Source of the DNA: an uncultured virus (IMG/VR IMGVR_UViG_3300020325_000007)
Lineage: Duplodnaviria; Heunggongvirae; Uroviricota; Caudoviricetes
Virus record (IMG/VR): IMGVR_UViG_3300020325_000007
Length of the DNA: 59,227 bases
Strand: one strand, 5' to 3'
The notes below the pieces were generated by a model. It did not search any database. It saw only the letters and a list, made by a program, of their open reading frames with translations, and had not been told where the DNA came from. This document shows, piece by piece, positions 47,340-57,050 of the stretch (position 1 is its first letter; each line of letters starts with the position of its first letter). Made by a program: the position numbers and the translations under genes.

Positions 47340-47707
47340 TGACAGACTTTCAAAAGGTTTCTAAGTACGTCAAGGACGATTTAGGAATAGATGTTAAAAT
47401 GGGTCAGATAACCGCGTTTATGGGACATAAGAACAAAACTATCTTTATTCACCATAATCATAATCTGAAAAAGAACGGTCTTTATACGTTACTACACGAA
47501 GTTGGACATGCTTATCAAAATAAATATGAAAACTATTTTAAAGAAATTGATGAGGATAAATCCCCAAAAAAGTTTAATATGTACAAATTCATAAATGAGG
47601 TGAATGCGTGGGACAAAGGATTGGATATTGCAAATAAACTTGGAATAAAAGTGGACGCTAACGAATATAATAAGGTTAAAGAAGAGTCTTTGTTAACATA
47701 TTTTTAA
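47339..47707 (+). CDS. Zincin-like metallopeptidase domain protein
   Basis: LLHEVGH and E..AW. Confidence 0.65.
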   Translation: MTDFQKVSKYVKDDLGIDVKMGQITAFMGHKNKTIFIHHNHNLKKNGLYTLLHEVGHAYQNKYENYFKEIDEDKSPKKFNMYKFINEVNAWDKGLDIANKLGIKVDANEYNKVKEESLLTYF

Positions 47708-47770
47708 CAAAAATTTAACAATTATTTAACATTAAAAATTTGGAATTGTCAAGAATATTCACGATATTAG
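47703..47770 (+). promoter_or_regulatory. Promoter with three TTTAACA boxes
   Basis: TTTAACA at 47703, 47714, 47725; N7; TTTG(47739)-N20-GATATTAG(47763); near copy of the 46.9 kb element. Confidence 0.72.
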
Positions 47771-47810
47771 TAGTGTAAGAATGAGTAATAAGAGTTTAAA
47801 AATAAAAAAT

Positions 47811-48392
47811 ATGAGTAAAAAAATCAAATTAACAATCCAAGGTGTAAACTACGAGTTACCAAAATCAGCAGTGGTATTCAAGGGTTCTTCTCAGTGGGAA
47901 GATGAAACATACATCCAAATGAGAGCAAAGTATTGTTCTTCAATAATCAAACAATATGTTAAGAAAAACTTTCCCTTATTGAATGTATGGGCAACTTCTT
48001 CAGTATACAGTGGTGGTTCTTCTTGTGACATCTACGTTTCTAACCAAGATGGTTCATCAGTAGATAAAGATATTTACGAACAAATAGAGAACTTCTCTCA
48101 ACTGTTCAAAGGTGGTAGTTTCAATGGTATGGAAGATATCTATGAATACAGAACTGACGACCCAACTACTGATAACGGTACTCCAATGAAGTACTTCCCT
48201 TCTTATGTATTTGTAAACAATAAACCAAAGTGGGGTACAGTTGAGTATTGGATGAATGAGTGGAACGAATTGAAAGACCATTACAAAAACAAAACAGAGT
48301 TCCTACTTAAAAATAAAACTTATATGACCGATAAAGAATACAAAAATATATGTAACGTTTTAAATCCATTAGGTCATCTAAACGGTAAGTAA
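47811..48392 (+). CDS. LPD29-like domain protein (alternative start 47781)
   Basis: S.YSGGSS.DI and F.GGSFNGMEDIYEY. Confidence 0.55.
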   Translation: MSKKIKLTIQGVNYELPKSAVVFKGSSQWEDETYIQMRAKYCSSIIKQYVKKNFPLLNVWATSSVYSGGSSCDIYVSNQDGSSVDKDIYEQIENFSQLFKGGSFNGMEDIYEYRTDDPTTDNGTPMKYFPSYVFVNNKPKWGTVEYWMNEWNELKDHYKNKTEFLLKNKTYMTDKEYKNICNVLNPLGHLNGK

Positions 48393-48401
48393 AAGAAACG
48401 C

Positions 48402-48467
48402 AAGTCTTTTCCTAAGGTGGTTAGACTTAAGGGACAAAAACCTGTGAAACAAACCACCTTTTTTTTT
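48402..48467 (+). terminator. Structured intergenic element ending in a U-tract (terminator or pseudoknot)
   Basis: AAGGTGGTT(48414)/AACCACCTT(48452) followed by a T run; also AAGTCT(48402)/AGACTT(48423). Confidence 0.5.
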
Positions 48468-48481
48468 AAAAATTGAATATT

Positions 48482-48682
48482 ATGAAAAATTATCAAATTG
48501 TATTAACATCATTAGTTTCCTTCTTTATTTCGTACACCGTGTTATTCGGAATAGCACAAAAGTACATTCACTTTCAGAGTGAGTTAAATGAGATAGGAGT
48601 TTTTAGTATTTCATCTACGATGGGGTTTGTTGCCTTGTTTGGGTTAGATTGGAAAGGTTTGTATAATTGGTTAAAAAATTAA
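48482..48682 (+). CDS. Small two-TM membrane protein
   Basis: Two hydrophobic segments. Confidence 0.55.
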   Translation: MKNYQIVLTSLVSFFISYTVLFGIAQKYIHFQSELNEIGVFSISSTMGFVALFGLDWKGLYNWLKN

Positions 48683-48686
48683 AATT

Positions 48687-48812
48687 ATGTATGTATCAGA
48701 ATGTTGTGGGTCATCCCCATGGTTAGGAGACATCGACTACGGTAGGTGTTCAGATTGTAAAGAATGTTGTGAATTCTATAATGAAGATGAAAATGAAGAA
48801 ATGGCAGTATAG
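48687..48812 (+). CDS. 41-aa Cys-rich peptide (not in the ORF track)
   Basis: MYVSECCGS...GRCSDCKECCEF. Confidence 0.55.
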   Translation: MYVSECCGSSPWLGDIDYGRCSDCKECCEFYNEDENEEMAV

Positions 48813-48981
48813 AGAAATGGGTAGTCGTAATAAGAAGACAGGTAAGTTGTCTTATTACAATGTAACTGTTGTAGATTACCACATATCAGATTGTGAGTGT
48901 ATGGCACGACAGTTCCGACCTTATTCACCGTGTAAACATATGAAAAGACTACACGAAAAATTAGGTCACCTATCAATTTGA
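48793..48981 (+). CDS. SWIM-type zinc finger protein
   Basis: CEC...PCKH. Confidence 0.65.
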   Translation: MKKWQYREMGSRNKKTGKLSYYNVTVVDYHISDCECMARQFRPYSPCKHMKRLHEKLGHLSI

Positions 48982-49024
48982 TTAAATTTAAAATCATATT
49001 TATATAAAATAAAGAAAGTTATAT

Positions 49025-49669
49025 ATGGACGTACAAATTCCTAAAATCATTCATCAGTTATGGTTGGGTGATAATGAAATGCCTGAACACTGTCAACAGT
49101 TTGTTCAGGAAATGATAGATTTACACCCTGATTATACTCACTATCTTTGGGGTAATGAAGTATTTGAAGAGAAATACAAAGACGATGAATATCTTCAGAA
49201 CTATACAAAAGACCCCGAGTTATACAAATGGGCATTTATTTGTGATAGGATAAGACTTTTACTACTTAGGGACCACGGTGGAATTTATGTTGATGTAGAC
49301 GCAAAACCTGTTCAGTCTTTTAATGTAGTCTTAGATAAATTAAGTCCACAACATACGTTTGTTTCAGGAATGAAACCTTCACAAGAAAATAATACATTGG
49401 TAGATTGTACAGTTTATATGGCAGCACCAAATTCAAGAATGGTAAATGAGTGTCTATCTACATATGACAATCTATATTGGGCAAATGGTTGTAGAATGTT
49501 TAATGATAAAATCATAGAAACAATGGACACCGATGTTCAATTACTTGGTTACGAATACTTCTATGACCAAAAAATAGGTCCGAAGACAATTATACTACAC
49601 GATATTGAAGATACAAGATTATTGAGTTGGACTGATAATCCTGAAGCGAAAAAACCTCACAATTGGTAG
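49025..49669 (+). CDS. GT32-like (DXD sugar-binding) glycosyltransferase
   Basis: IPKIIHQLW, D.IR..LL..HGGIYVDVD. Confidence 0.85.
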   Translation: MDVQIPKIIHQLWLGDNEMPEHCQQFVQEMIDLHPDYTHYLWGNEVFEEKYKDDEYLQNYTKDPELYKWAFICDRIRLLLLRDHGGIYVDVDAKPVQSFNVVLDKLSPQHTFVSGMKPSQENNTLVDCTVYMAAPNSRMVNECLSTYDNLYWANGCRMFNDKIIETMDTDVQLLGYEYFYDQKIGPKTIILHDIEDTRLLSWTDNPEAKKPHNW

Positions 49670-50362
49670 ATGACAAACGGTTACGAACTTATTGATAATT
49701 TTCTGACAAAAGATGAACACGAGTATTACTTAAATGTATGTAAAGAAACATATGAAGGTACTCACGGTAAACAACACCCACATTTCTCGTGGAATGGTGA
49801 AGACAATCTCAATAAGATAAACGGTGCGTGTAATTACCAACCAAAGTTTTTAGAAATCGCATCACATCCAACTTTGGTCAAAAAAGCAAAAGAGATATTA
49901 AATACTGAAGATACTATTGACGTGTACATCAGTAAGTTCTTCCCAATGAAACCAAAAGTTGGAATGTCAACATTTATGCACCAAGACAATTATTATTTCA
50001 AAGGTGACAGTAGTAAGATTGTCAGTTGTGCAATATACTTAGAAGATACATCAAAAGAAAATGGATGTTTGAGACTTGTAGAAAATTCACATAAACACGG
50101 TATTTTACCACATGATGTGAGTAGTGAAGTTGACCCATGGATTAGATGGATTAGTGAATCAAGTCTACAAAAGTTTAACATAATAGATTTAGAAAGACCT
50201 GCACCATACGCAACTTTCTTTGATATAAACTTAGTTCACGGTTGTTATCCAAATGTATCTGATAGAACAAGATTTAGTTTAGCGTGGGAATATATTCCAA
50301 CATCAGAAACAGGACCATTTGTTACAGATGAACCGTGGTGTGATAGAAATACAGTAGGATGA
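49670..50362 (+). CDS. PhyH-family 2OG-Fe(II) dioxygenase
   Basis: HQD, ENGCL, SHK, VHG...N.S.R.R. Confidence 0.85.
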   Translation: MTNGYELIDNFLTKDEHEYYLNVCKETYEGTHGKQHPHFSWNGEDNLNKINGACNYQPKFLEIASHPTLVKKAKEILNTEDTIDVYISKFFPMKPKVGMSTFMHQDNYYFKGDSSKIVSCAIYLEDTSKENGCLRLVENSHKHGILPHDVSSEVDPWIRWISESSLQKFNIIDLERPAPYATFFDINLVHGCYPNVSDRTRFSLAWEYIPTSETGPFVTDEPWCDRNTVG

Positions 50363-50925
50363 AAATATTATTAACAGGACACGGAAGATGTGGTAGTACT
50401 TCTCTTCATTACGGACTTTCAGACGTTATGAATCATAAAATGGTGTTAGAACCATTTAATAGAGAATTATGGAAAAGTTACTACAAAACAAACCCACCAT
50501 TTCAAAAAGGTGATGAGATTGGTGAGAATGTTATATTTAAAACATTATCAGGTCACAGTCCTGATTGGATTGAAAAAAACTATAGTAAGTTTGATAGAAC
50601 TATAATATTGATGAGGGATAATTTGAGAGATACTGTATTAAGTCATCAGAACGCAATAGTTCACGGATATTTGAATGAGTACAAAGGAACTGAAAATATA
50701 ACCAAAAAATCTTTGGAGTATGTTTTTAACAATTACAAGTGGTTAATAGATTTCCATAAAAAAACTGTTACATCAAGATTGGTTTGGTATAATGACATTT
50801 ACACAACGGATTTTAATAAATCGAAAGACACAATACGGTCATTAGATTTGAACTTATCAGAAGAACAACTAAGTATGTTGTATGAAAAGTATTTGAATCC
50901 AAGATTTAGATTAAGAAAAAATTAA
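50359..50925 (+). CDS. Sulfotransferase-like protein
   Basis: GRCGSTSL 5'-PSB-like loop, L.R.N....LS. Confidence 0.6.
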   Translation: MKILLTGHGRCGSTSLHYGLSDVMNHKMVLEPFNRELWKSYYKTNPPFQKGDEIGENVIFKTLSGHSPDWIEKNYSKFDRTIILMRDNLRDTVLSHQNAIVHGYLNEYKGTENITKKSLEYVFNNYKWLIDFHKKTVTSRLVWYNDIYTTDFNKSKDTIRSLDLNLSEEQLSMLYEKYLNPRFRLRKN

Positions 50926-50977
50926 CAATAATTTAACATTAGAAATTTGGAAATGTAGGTAAAAATACCTATATTTA
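50921..50977 (+). promoter_or_regulatory. Promoter with tandem TTAACA boxes
   Basis: ATTAACA(50921)-N4-TTTAACA(50932)-N7-TTTG(50946)-N20-TATATTTA(50970). Confidence 0.7.
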
Positions 50978-50997
50978 CTATGTAAATAAGTAATGAT

Positions 50998-51351
50998 ATG
51001 ACAAATAAAACTATTTTCACAGACATCGATGGGACTTTGGTTCACCAAGTGAACTTTGAAGACCTTGACCCGTTTAACAGTGTTGCATTGCCAGGAGTTG
51101 TAGATAAAATGGTTGGTTGGTTCAAAAAAGGATACCACATCGTATTAACTACTGCAAGACCTGAGTCTTTGAGACACGAGACAATTCAAGAAATGGACAT
51201 CTTAGGAATACCATTCCATCAATTAGTGATGGGAATCGGTAGAGCCGAAAGAATCCTAATCAACAACAATAGTGATAAAAAACCTAATGAAGTAAGAGCA
51301 GAAGGTATAATTGTTCAGAAAAATGGTGGTTTTAATGACGTAAATCTATAG
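50998..51351 (+). CDS. Small HAD-superfamily phosphatase
   Basis: FTDIDGTL, TTAR. Confidence 0.75.
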   Translation: MTNKTIFTDIDGTLVHQVNFEDLDPFNSVALPGVVDKMVGWFKKGYHIVLTTARPESLRHETIQEMDILGIPFHQLVMGIGRAERILINNNSDKKPNEVRAEGIIVQKNGGFNDVNL

Positions 51352-51353
51352 TT

Positions 51354-51554
51354 ATGATATATTTAAGAGAGGAGTGGATTAACCACCCGAAACTTAAACG
51401 GTTCAGTAGAATCAGTTGTACTGACTCTAAATGTGAGTGTGGTTCCAAGAATACAGCATATCTTTGGGAACACGATTCATGTGTTAGGGGAAGGATAGAC
51501 ACTGAAGTCTGTTTGGACTGTGACGGTATCAAAAGTTTTGATATCGTAAGATAG
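51354..51554 (+). CDS. Small Cys-rich protein
   Basis: CECG and CLDC. Confidence 0.5.
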   Translation: MIYLREEWINHPKLKRFSRISCTDSKCECGSKNTAYLWEHDSCVRGRIDTEVCLDCDGIKSFDIVR

Positions 51555-51563
51555 GAGACTTAG

Positions 51564-51797
51564 ATGACTGAACAAGATTTAATGGACCTTGGTTTTAAAA
51601 GGTTCGATGAGGTAGAAGGGGTAGATGAATTCTGTTATTACTCACTAACAATCGGTGGACTTGAATTTATTTCAAATGATTCCGAAGATTGGGTAGATGA
51701 AGACGTATCAGTAGAAATCGCAGACAGTGAGATTGTATTTAACGAGTTTGAGGACTTAAGTGAAGTCATCAACATTTTAAGAAAAAACGAACTGTAA
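51564..51797 (+). CDS. Small acidic protein
   Basis: AGGAG upstream; D/E-rich. Confidence 0.55.
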   Translation: MTEQDLMDLGFKRFDEVEGVDEFCYYSLTIGGLEFISNDSEDWVDEDVSVEIADSEIVFNEFEDLSEVINILRKNEL

Positions 51798-51799
51798 AG

Positions 51800-51831
51800 T
51801 TTGGATATTAATGCAAATTTTTGTATATTAG
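51800..51831 (+). promoter_or_regulatory. Putative -33/-7 promoter upstream of groES
   Basis: TTTG(51800)-N20-TATATTAG(51824). Confidence 0.65.
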
Positions 51832-51853
51832 TACAAATAAAAAGGAAAAAGTT

Positions 51854-52135
51854 ATGAATTATGAACCATTGAATGACTATGTGTTAGTCAAGGTAATCAA
51901 AGAAGACGAAAAAACTAAAGGTGGATTATACAAACCTGAATCCAACAAAGAACAACTGAAAGGTGAAGTAATCGCAGTTGGTGATGGTATCTTTACATCC
52001 ACAGGTAAAAAGATTCCGATGAAATTAAATATCGGTGACACCGTAATCGTTCCTAATACAGGAATCCAACTTAGATTAGAAGGTGAAAAGTATAATTTAT
52101 ACAGAGAACAAGAAATACTAATCAGATTATCATGA
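51854..52135 (+). CDS. groES: Co-chaperonin GroES
   Basis: PLND.VLV, KTKGGL, G.VIAVG.G, GD.V, RE.EI. Confidence 0.9.
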   Translation: MNYEPLNDYVLVKVIKEDEKTKGGLYKPESNKEQLKGEVIAVGDGIFTSTGKKIPMKLNIGDTVIVPNTGIQLRLEGEKYNLYREQEILIRLS

Positions 52136-52302
52136 GTGCAACAAAAAGGTGGATAGAGGACCTTCAGATGGCGGGACAAGACCCACTATCAAATGATAAA
52201 CATCTTGACGATGAGTATCACTATAAAGAGTGGTGTCACTATTCAGGATTACCTAATGTATTAGCATATGAAAATCACAAAAACAAATTAGATGAACATT
52301 AA
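52132..52302 (+). CDS. 56-aa hypothetical protein (not in the ORF track)
   Basis: MSATKRWIEDLQ...WCHYSGLP; ATGA overlap with groES. Confidence 0.55.
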   Translation: MSATKRWIEDLQMAGQDPLSNDKHLDDEYHYKEWCHYSGLPNVLAYENHKNKLDEH

Positions 52303-52639
52303 GTATTTACTCTTAGGTGGATTTTTATTTTTATTAGGACACCTTGGAGTTTTCCATCAATTGAATGGACAGTTCAAGTGGGAATGGTTTAAAAATAACC
52401 CACATATATTAGCACTTGCAGGAATACCAATATCACTTCTTTATATCTACGGAACAAAGTTCGCAGTTCAAGGATTTGATGGACTATTATGGCCAACAAG
52501 ATTCCTTGGATTTGGTATTGGAATGATGGTTTATGCATGGGGTGTGTCTTATTACTTTAATCAAGGATTCACACCAAAAGTTGTTGTATCACTAATCTTA
52601 GCATTTACATTGTTAAGTATTCAAGTATTGTGGAAATGA
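52292..52639 (+). CDS. Small multi-TM membrane protein
   Basis: About four hydrophobic helices. Confidence 0.65.
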   Translation: MNIKYLLLGGFLFLLGHLGVFHQLNGQFKWEWFKNNPHILALAGIPISLLYIYGTKFAVQGFDGLLWPTRFLGFGIGMMVYAWGVSYYFNQGFTPKVVVSLILAFTLLSIQVLWK

Positions 52640-52866
52640 TTTTTTGGACGAATGGACTTATAGAAACTGAACTAACAAGACACTTCCATTTTGTAAGAAG
52701 TGCAAAAGAAATTCTTTATTCGAATCCAAAACACATACGAGGTATTTGGTCGTATAAAGACAAGAAGAGACTGTATGATTTAGAGGAAAAAGTACAGAAA
52801 AAAAGATTAACACTATCTCACAGAGATTTCCAATTTTTAGAGAGTATAGTGGAAAAATATGGGTAA
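52636..52866 (+). CDS. Hypothetical protein
   Basis: Operonic ORF. Confidence 0.45.
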   Translation: MIFWTNGLIETELTRHFHFVRSAKEILYSNPKHIRGIWSYKDKKRLYDLEEKVQKKRLTLSHRDFQFLESIVEKYG

Positions 52867-52883
52867 CCCATATTTATATATAA

Positions 52884-53492
52884 ATGAAGGATATGAAAAA
52901 AGGTTTTAAATTACCAAATGGATATGTTTTAGGGAAAGGTAGAACTCCCTTGAACTTAACTGAAAGTCAGATTCGTTATGCGATGAAGAACTCGAAGTCA
53001 AATTCAGGTGCAGCTAGATTCCTTAATGTATCACTAACCACATATCAAAAGTATTCAAAATCTTACATAGACGAAGAAACAGGAAAAACTCTTTGGGACT
53101 TACATAAGAATCAGAGAGGTAAGGGTGTAAAGAAACCATATAATGTAACTCAGGGTAAATACGCGTTGAATGACATTTTAGATGGTAAACATCCTAAGTA
53201 TCCTGTTTTTTTATTGAAGAAAAGATTAATTAACAACTCACATAAACCTGAGTTAGAATTTCCACATGAATGTCACAGTTGTGGATACAAAGAGAAAAGA
53301 TTGACAGATGGTTCTATTCCTTTGATTCTTGACCATATTGATGACGATTGGACAAATCACAAAAGAGAAAACATTAGATTTTTATGTTACAATTGTTTTC
53401 ATAATCAAAGAGGTAATATCAGAGGTAAACAACCACAGTGGAGAGCAGAACAAATAAAACAAGCAAAATTAAAACAAAAAAAAGGTAAATAA
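52884..53492 (+). CDS. HNH endonuclease with N-terminal HTH
   Basis: AARFLNVS..TY.KY; CHSC, LDHIDDD.TN....NIRFLCYNC. Confidence 0.8.
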   Translation: MKDMKKGFKLPNGYVLGKGRTPLNLTESQIRYAMKNSKSNSGAARFLNVSLTTYQKYSKSYIDEETGKTLWDLHKNQRGKGVKKPYNVTQGKYALNDILDGKHPKYPVFLLKKRLINNSHKPELEFPHECHSCGYKEKRLTDGSIPLILDHIDDDWTNHKRENIRFLCYNCFHNQRGNIRGKQPQWRAEQIKQAKLKQKKGK

Positions 53493-55090
<1,598 letters not shown>

Positions 55091-55091
<1 letters not shown>

Positions 55092-55741
55092 TGAGCAAAA
55101 AACTGAAACTGTTGAAACTAAAATCTGAAGTATTAAAACTTGAGAGAGAATTGGTTGAAGAAGAGTTTCAGACCTATTGTAAGGATTTTGACAAATATTT
55201 TAAAAAGTTTTATGACAATCCTAAAAAAAAGAAATCAAAACCAACAATAGATGACCCAACAATACACTATGAAAATGCAAAACGAGAAAGAAAACAAAGG
55301 GAAGAGGAAATCGATAGACAGAGAACTCTTCTTAAGAATGCGCCGACAAAGGTCAAGAATCTATACAAGAGACTTGCGACTAAAGCACATCCTGACGTAG
55401 GTGGTGATAACGAGACCTTTCAAAAGGTGATTCAGGCATATGAAACTCAAAATCTAATGAAAATGTTAGAATTCGCAGGTGATTTGGGAGTTTCTTACAA
55501 GTTGGATAAAAGTGATGAACAATTACTACAAGACAACTTAGACAAGATAACCGAGGATATCAAGAAGTTAAAAGGTAGTATCGGTTGGTTGTGGGGTACA
55601 GGTGATAAAGAGGCGAGGTTGTTCTGTATACAAAGAGTTATAGATGAGACAGGACATACACCAAGTCAAGATGACCTACCAAAAGATTTAAGAAAAAAGA
55701 AAAAGAAGTTATTAGGACAACGTGGGAAAGAAAAAGAGTAA
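55091..55741 (+). CDS. J-domain-like protein with coiled coils
   Basis: YKRLA.KAHPD.GG....F..V..AY directly after groEL. Confidence 0.7.
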
Positions 55742-56204
55742 AATAGTAGGATGTACAGCAGGTAATTTTGATTTGATTCATCCTGGCTATATATACACCT
55801 TTCAAGAGGCGAAAAGACACTGTGACCATTTCATAGTGTTTTTACAAAGAGACCCGTCACTTCATAGGAAGTCAAAATATAAACCCGTGATTCCATTGTA
55901 CGAAAGATATCGTACATTGATGGCAATCCAATATATTGATGAGGTTTATGTTTATCAGACGGAAGAAGAACTTTACGAATTGATTAAGTTTTTCAAACCC
56001 GATATAAGAATCTTAGGTGAGGATTATATCGGAAAATCATTTACAGGTGATGACTTACCACCAAAGATTGTGTTCACAACAAGAGCACATGGTTGGTCAA
56101 CAACTAAAATGAAAGATATGATTGCAATGCAAACAATCAAACAGAATCCTGAGATTCAGGACTCTGCTCAGTACTTTGAACGTAAATTAGAAATGGATGA
56201 CTAA
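55722..56204 (+). CDS. Cytidylyltransferase-like (TagD/RfaE family)
   Basis: AG.FDLIHPGY (HxGH variant), ER, GEDY, STT. Confidence 0.8.
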   Translation: MGKKKSKIVGCTAGNFDLIHPGYIYTFQEAKRHCDHFIVFLQRDPSLHRKSKYKPVIPLYERYRTLMAIQYIDEVYVYQTEEELYELIKFFKPDIRILGEDYIGKSFTGDDLPPKIVFTTRAHGWSTTKMKDMIAMQTIKQNPEIQDSAQYFERKLEMDD

Positions 56205-56370
56205 ATATATAATAGAAATAACACCAATAGTAACGGATGAAACAAGAACAGGTGGTCGAAATGATTCACCATATATGACAACAATCGAAACAGATGATAT
56301 CGAATGGAGTATGGGACAGTATCAGAGAAACAGAACTCCGTTTAGTTGGAAAATCGTAAACGAAGAGTGA
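56197..56370 (+). CDS. 57-aa hypothetical protein (not in the ORF track)
   Basis: MTKYIIEIT...WSMGQYQRNR.PF.W; fills the gap between two genes. Confidence 0.55.
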   Translation: MTKYIIEITPIVTDETRTGGRNDSPYMTTIETDDIEWSMGQYQRNRTPFSWKIVNEE

Positions 56371-56951
56371 AGAAAGAAAAGAAAATACTAATAGTAATAG
56401 GACACCCCGATACTAAATCATTTTGTTACAATGGGATATTCAAAACCATTGTTGACGAAGTGGACAAGAAATCAGAAGACTTTAAAATCATAGACTTATA
56501 TAGAGATAGTTTCAGAAGACCAAGAACGGATTTAATTGAATCATACAAAAAAATGGTAACTTGGTCAACTCATATTTATTTCATATCACCTGTTTGGTGG
56601 TTCAGACTAACTCCAAGAATGGAAATATTCTTTGACGAGGTCTTAACGCCTGGATTCGCATATAATTTCAAAAATATCACGAAACTATACGCATATCCAC
56701 AACCACACTTAAGTGATAAAAAAGTTAGGACATATATAACTCATGGAGCACCAATGTTACCCGTTGTGACATTATACTTAAATTCAGTTAAGTTAAGATT
56801 GGTATTGGGTGTATTTACATTTGTATTTGGATGGAAAATCAGTAGATGGTTAAAAACAAAACAATTTTGGTCAGTCCCGTTTGTATCAGACAAGAAACGA
56901 AAAAAGTATTTGGAAGTGGTCAAGAGAGACATGAAAAAAGATTTGAGATGA
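56367..56951 (+). CDS. Flavodoxin-fold NAD(P)H:quinone oxidoreductase-like
   Basis: ILIVIGHP...SF, IDLY, SPVWW, D.V..PGFAY, THG. Confidence 0.8.
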   Translation: MKKEKKILIVIGHPDTKSFCYNGIFKTIVDEVDKKSEDFKIIDLYRDSFRRPRTDLIESYKKMVTWSTHIYFISPVWWFRLTPRMEIFFDEVLTPGFAYNFKNITKLYAYPQPHLSDKKVRTYITHGAPMLPVVTLYLNSVKLRLVLGVFTFVFGWKISRWLKTKQFWSVPFVSDKKRKKYLEVVKRDMKKDLR

Positions 56952-57050
56952 AAAAAATAAAGAAATTCTTCAAAGATATATGGTTAGGTATTAAGATATC
57001 AAATGAATACTATCTTAGTGGAAAGTGTAACCATGGTAAATTTTAAAATT

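Noticed and set aside
46877..47780. Near-identical intergenic repeats as a CRISPR array or att sites
   Set aside because: Only two long copies, separated by whole genes, and they fit a promoter architecture seen elsewhere
48392..48467. c-di-GMP-I riboswitch, or hammerhead, pistol or HDV-like ribozyme
   Set aside because: Only fragments match (ACGCAA, CCTAAG, GAAAC); the required helices and cores are missing
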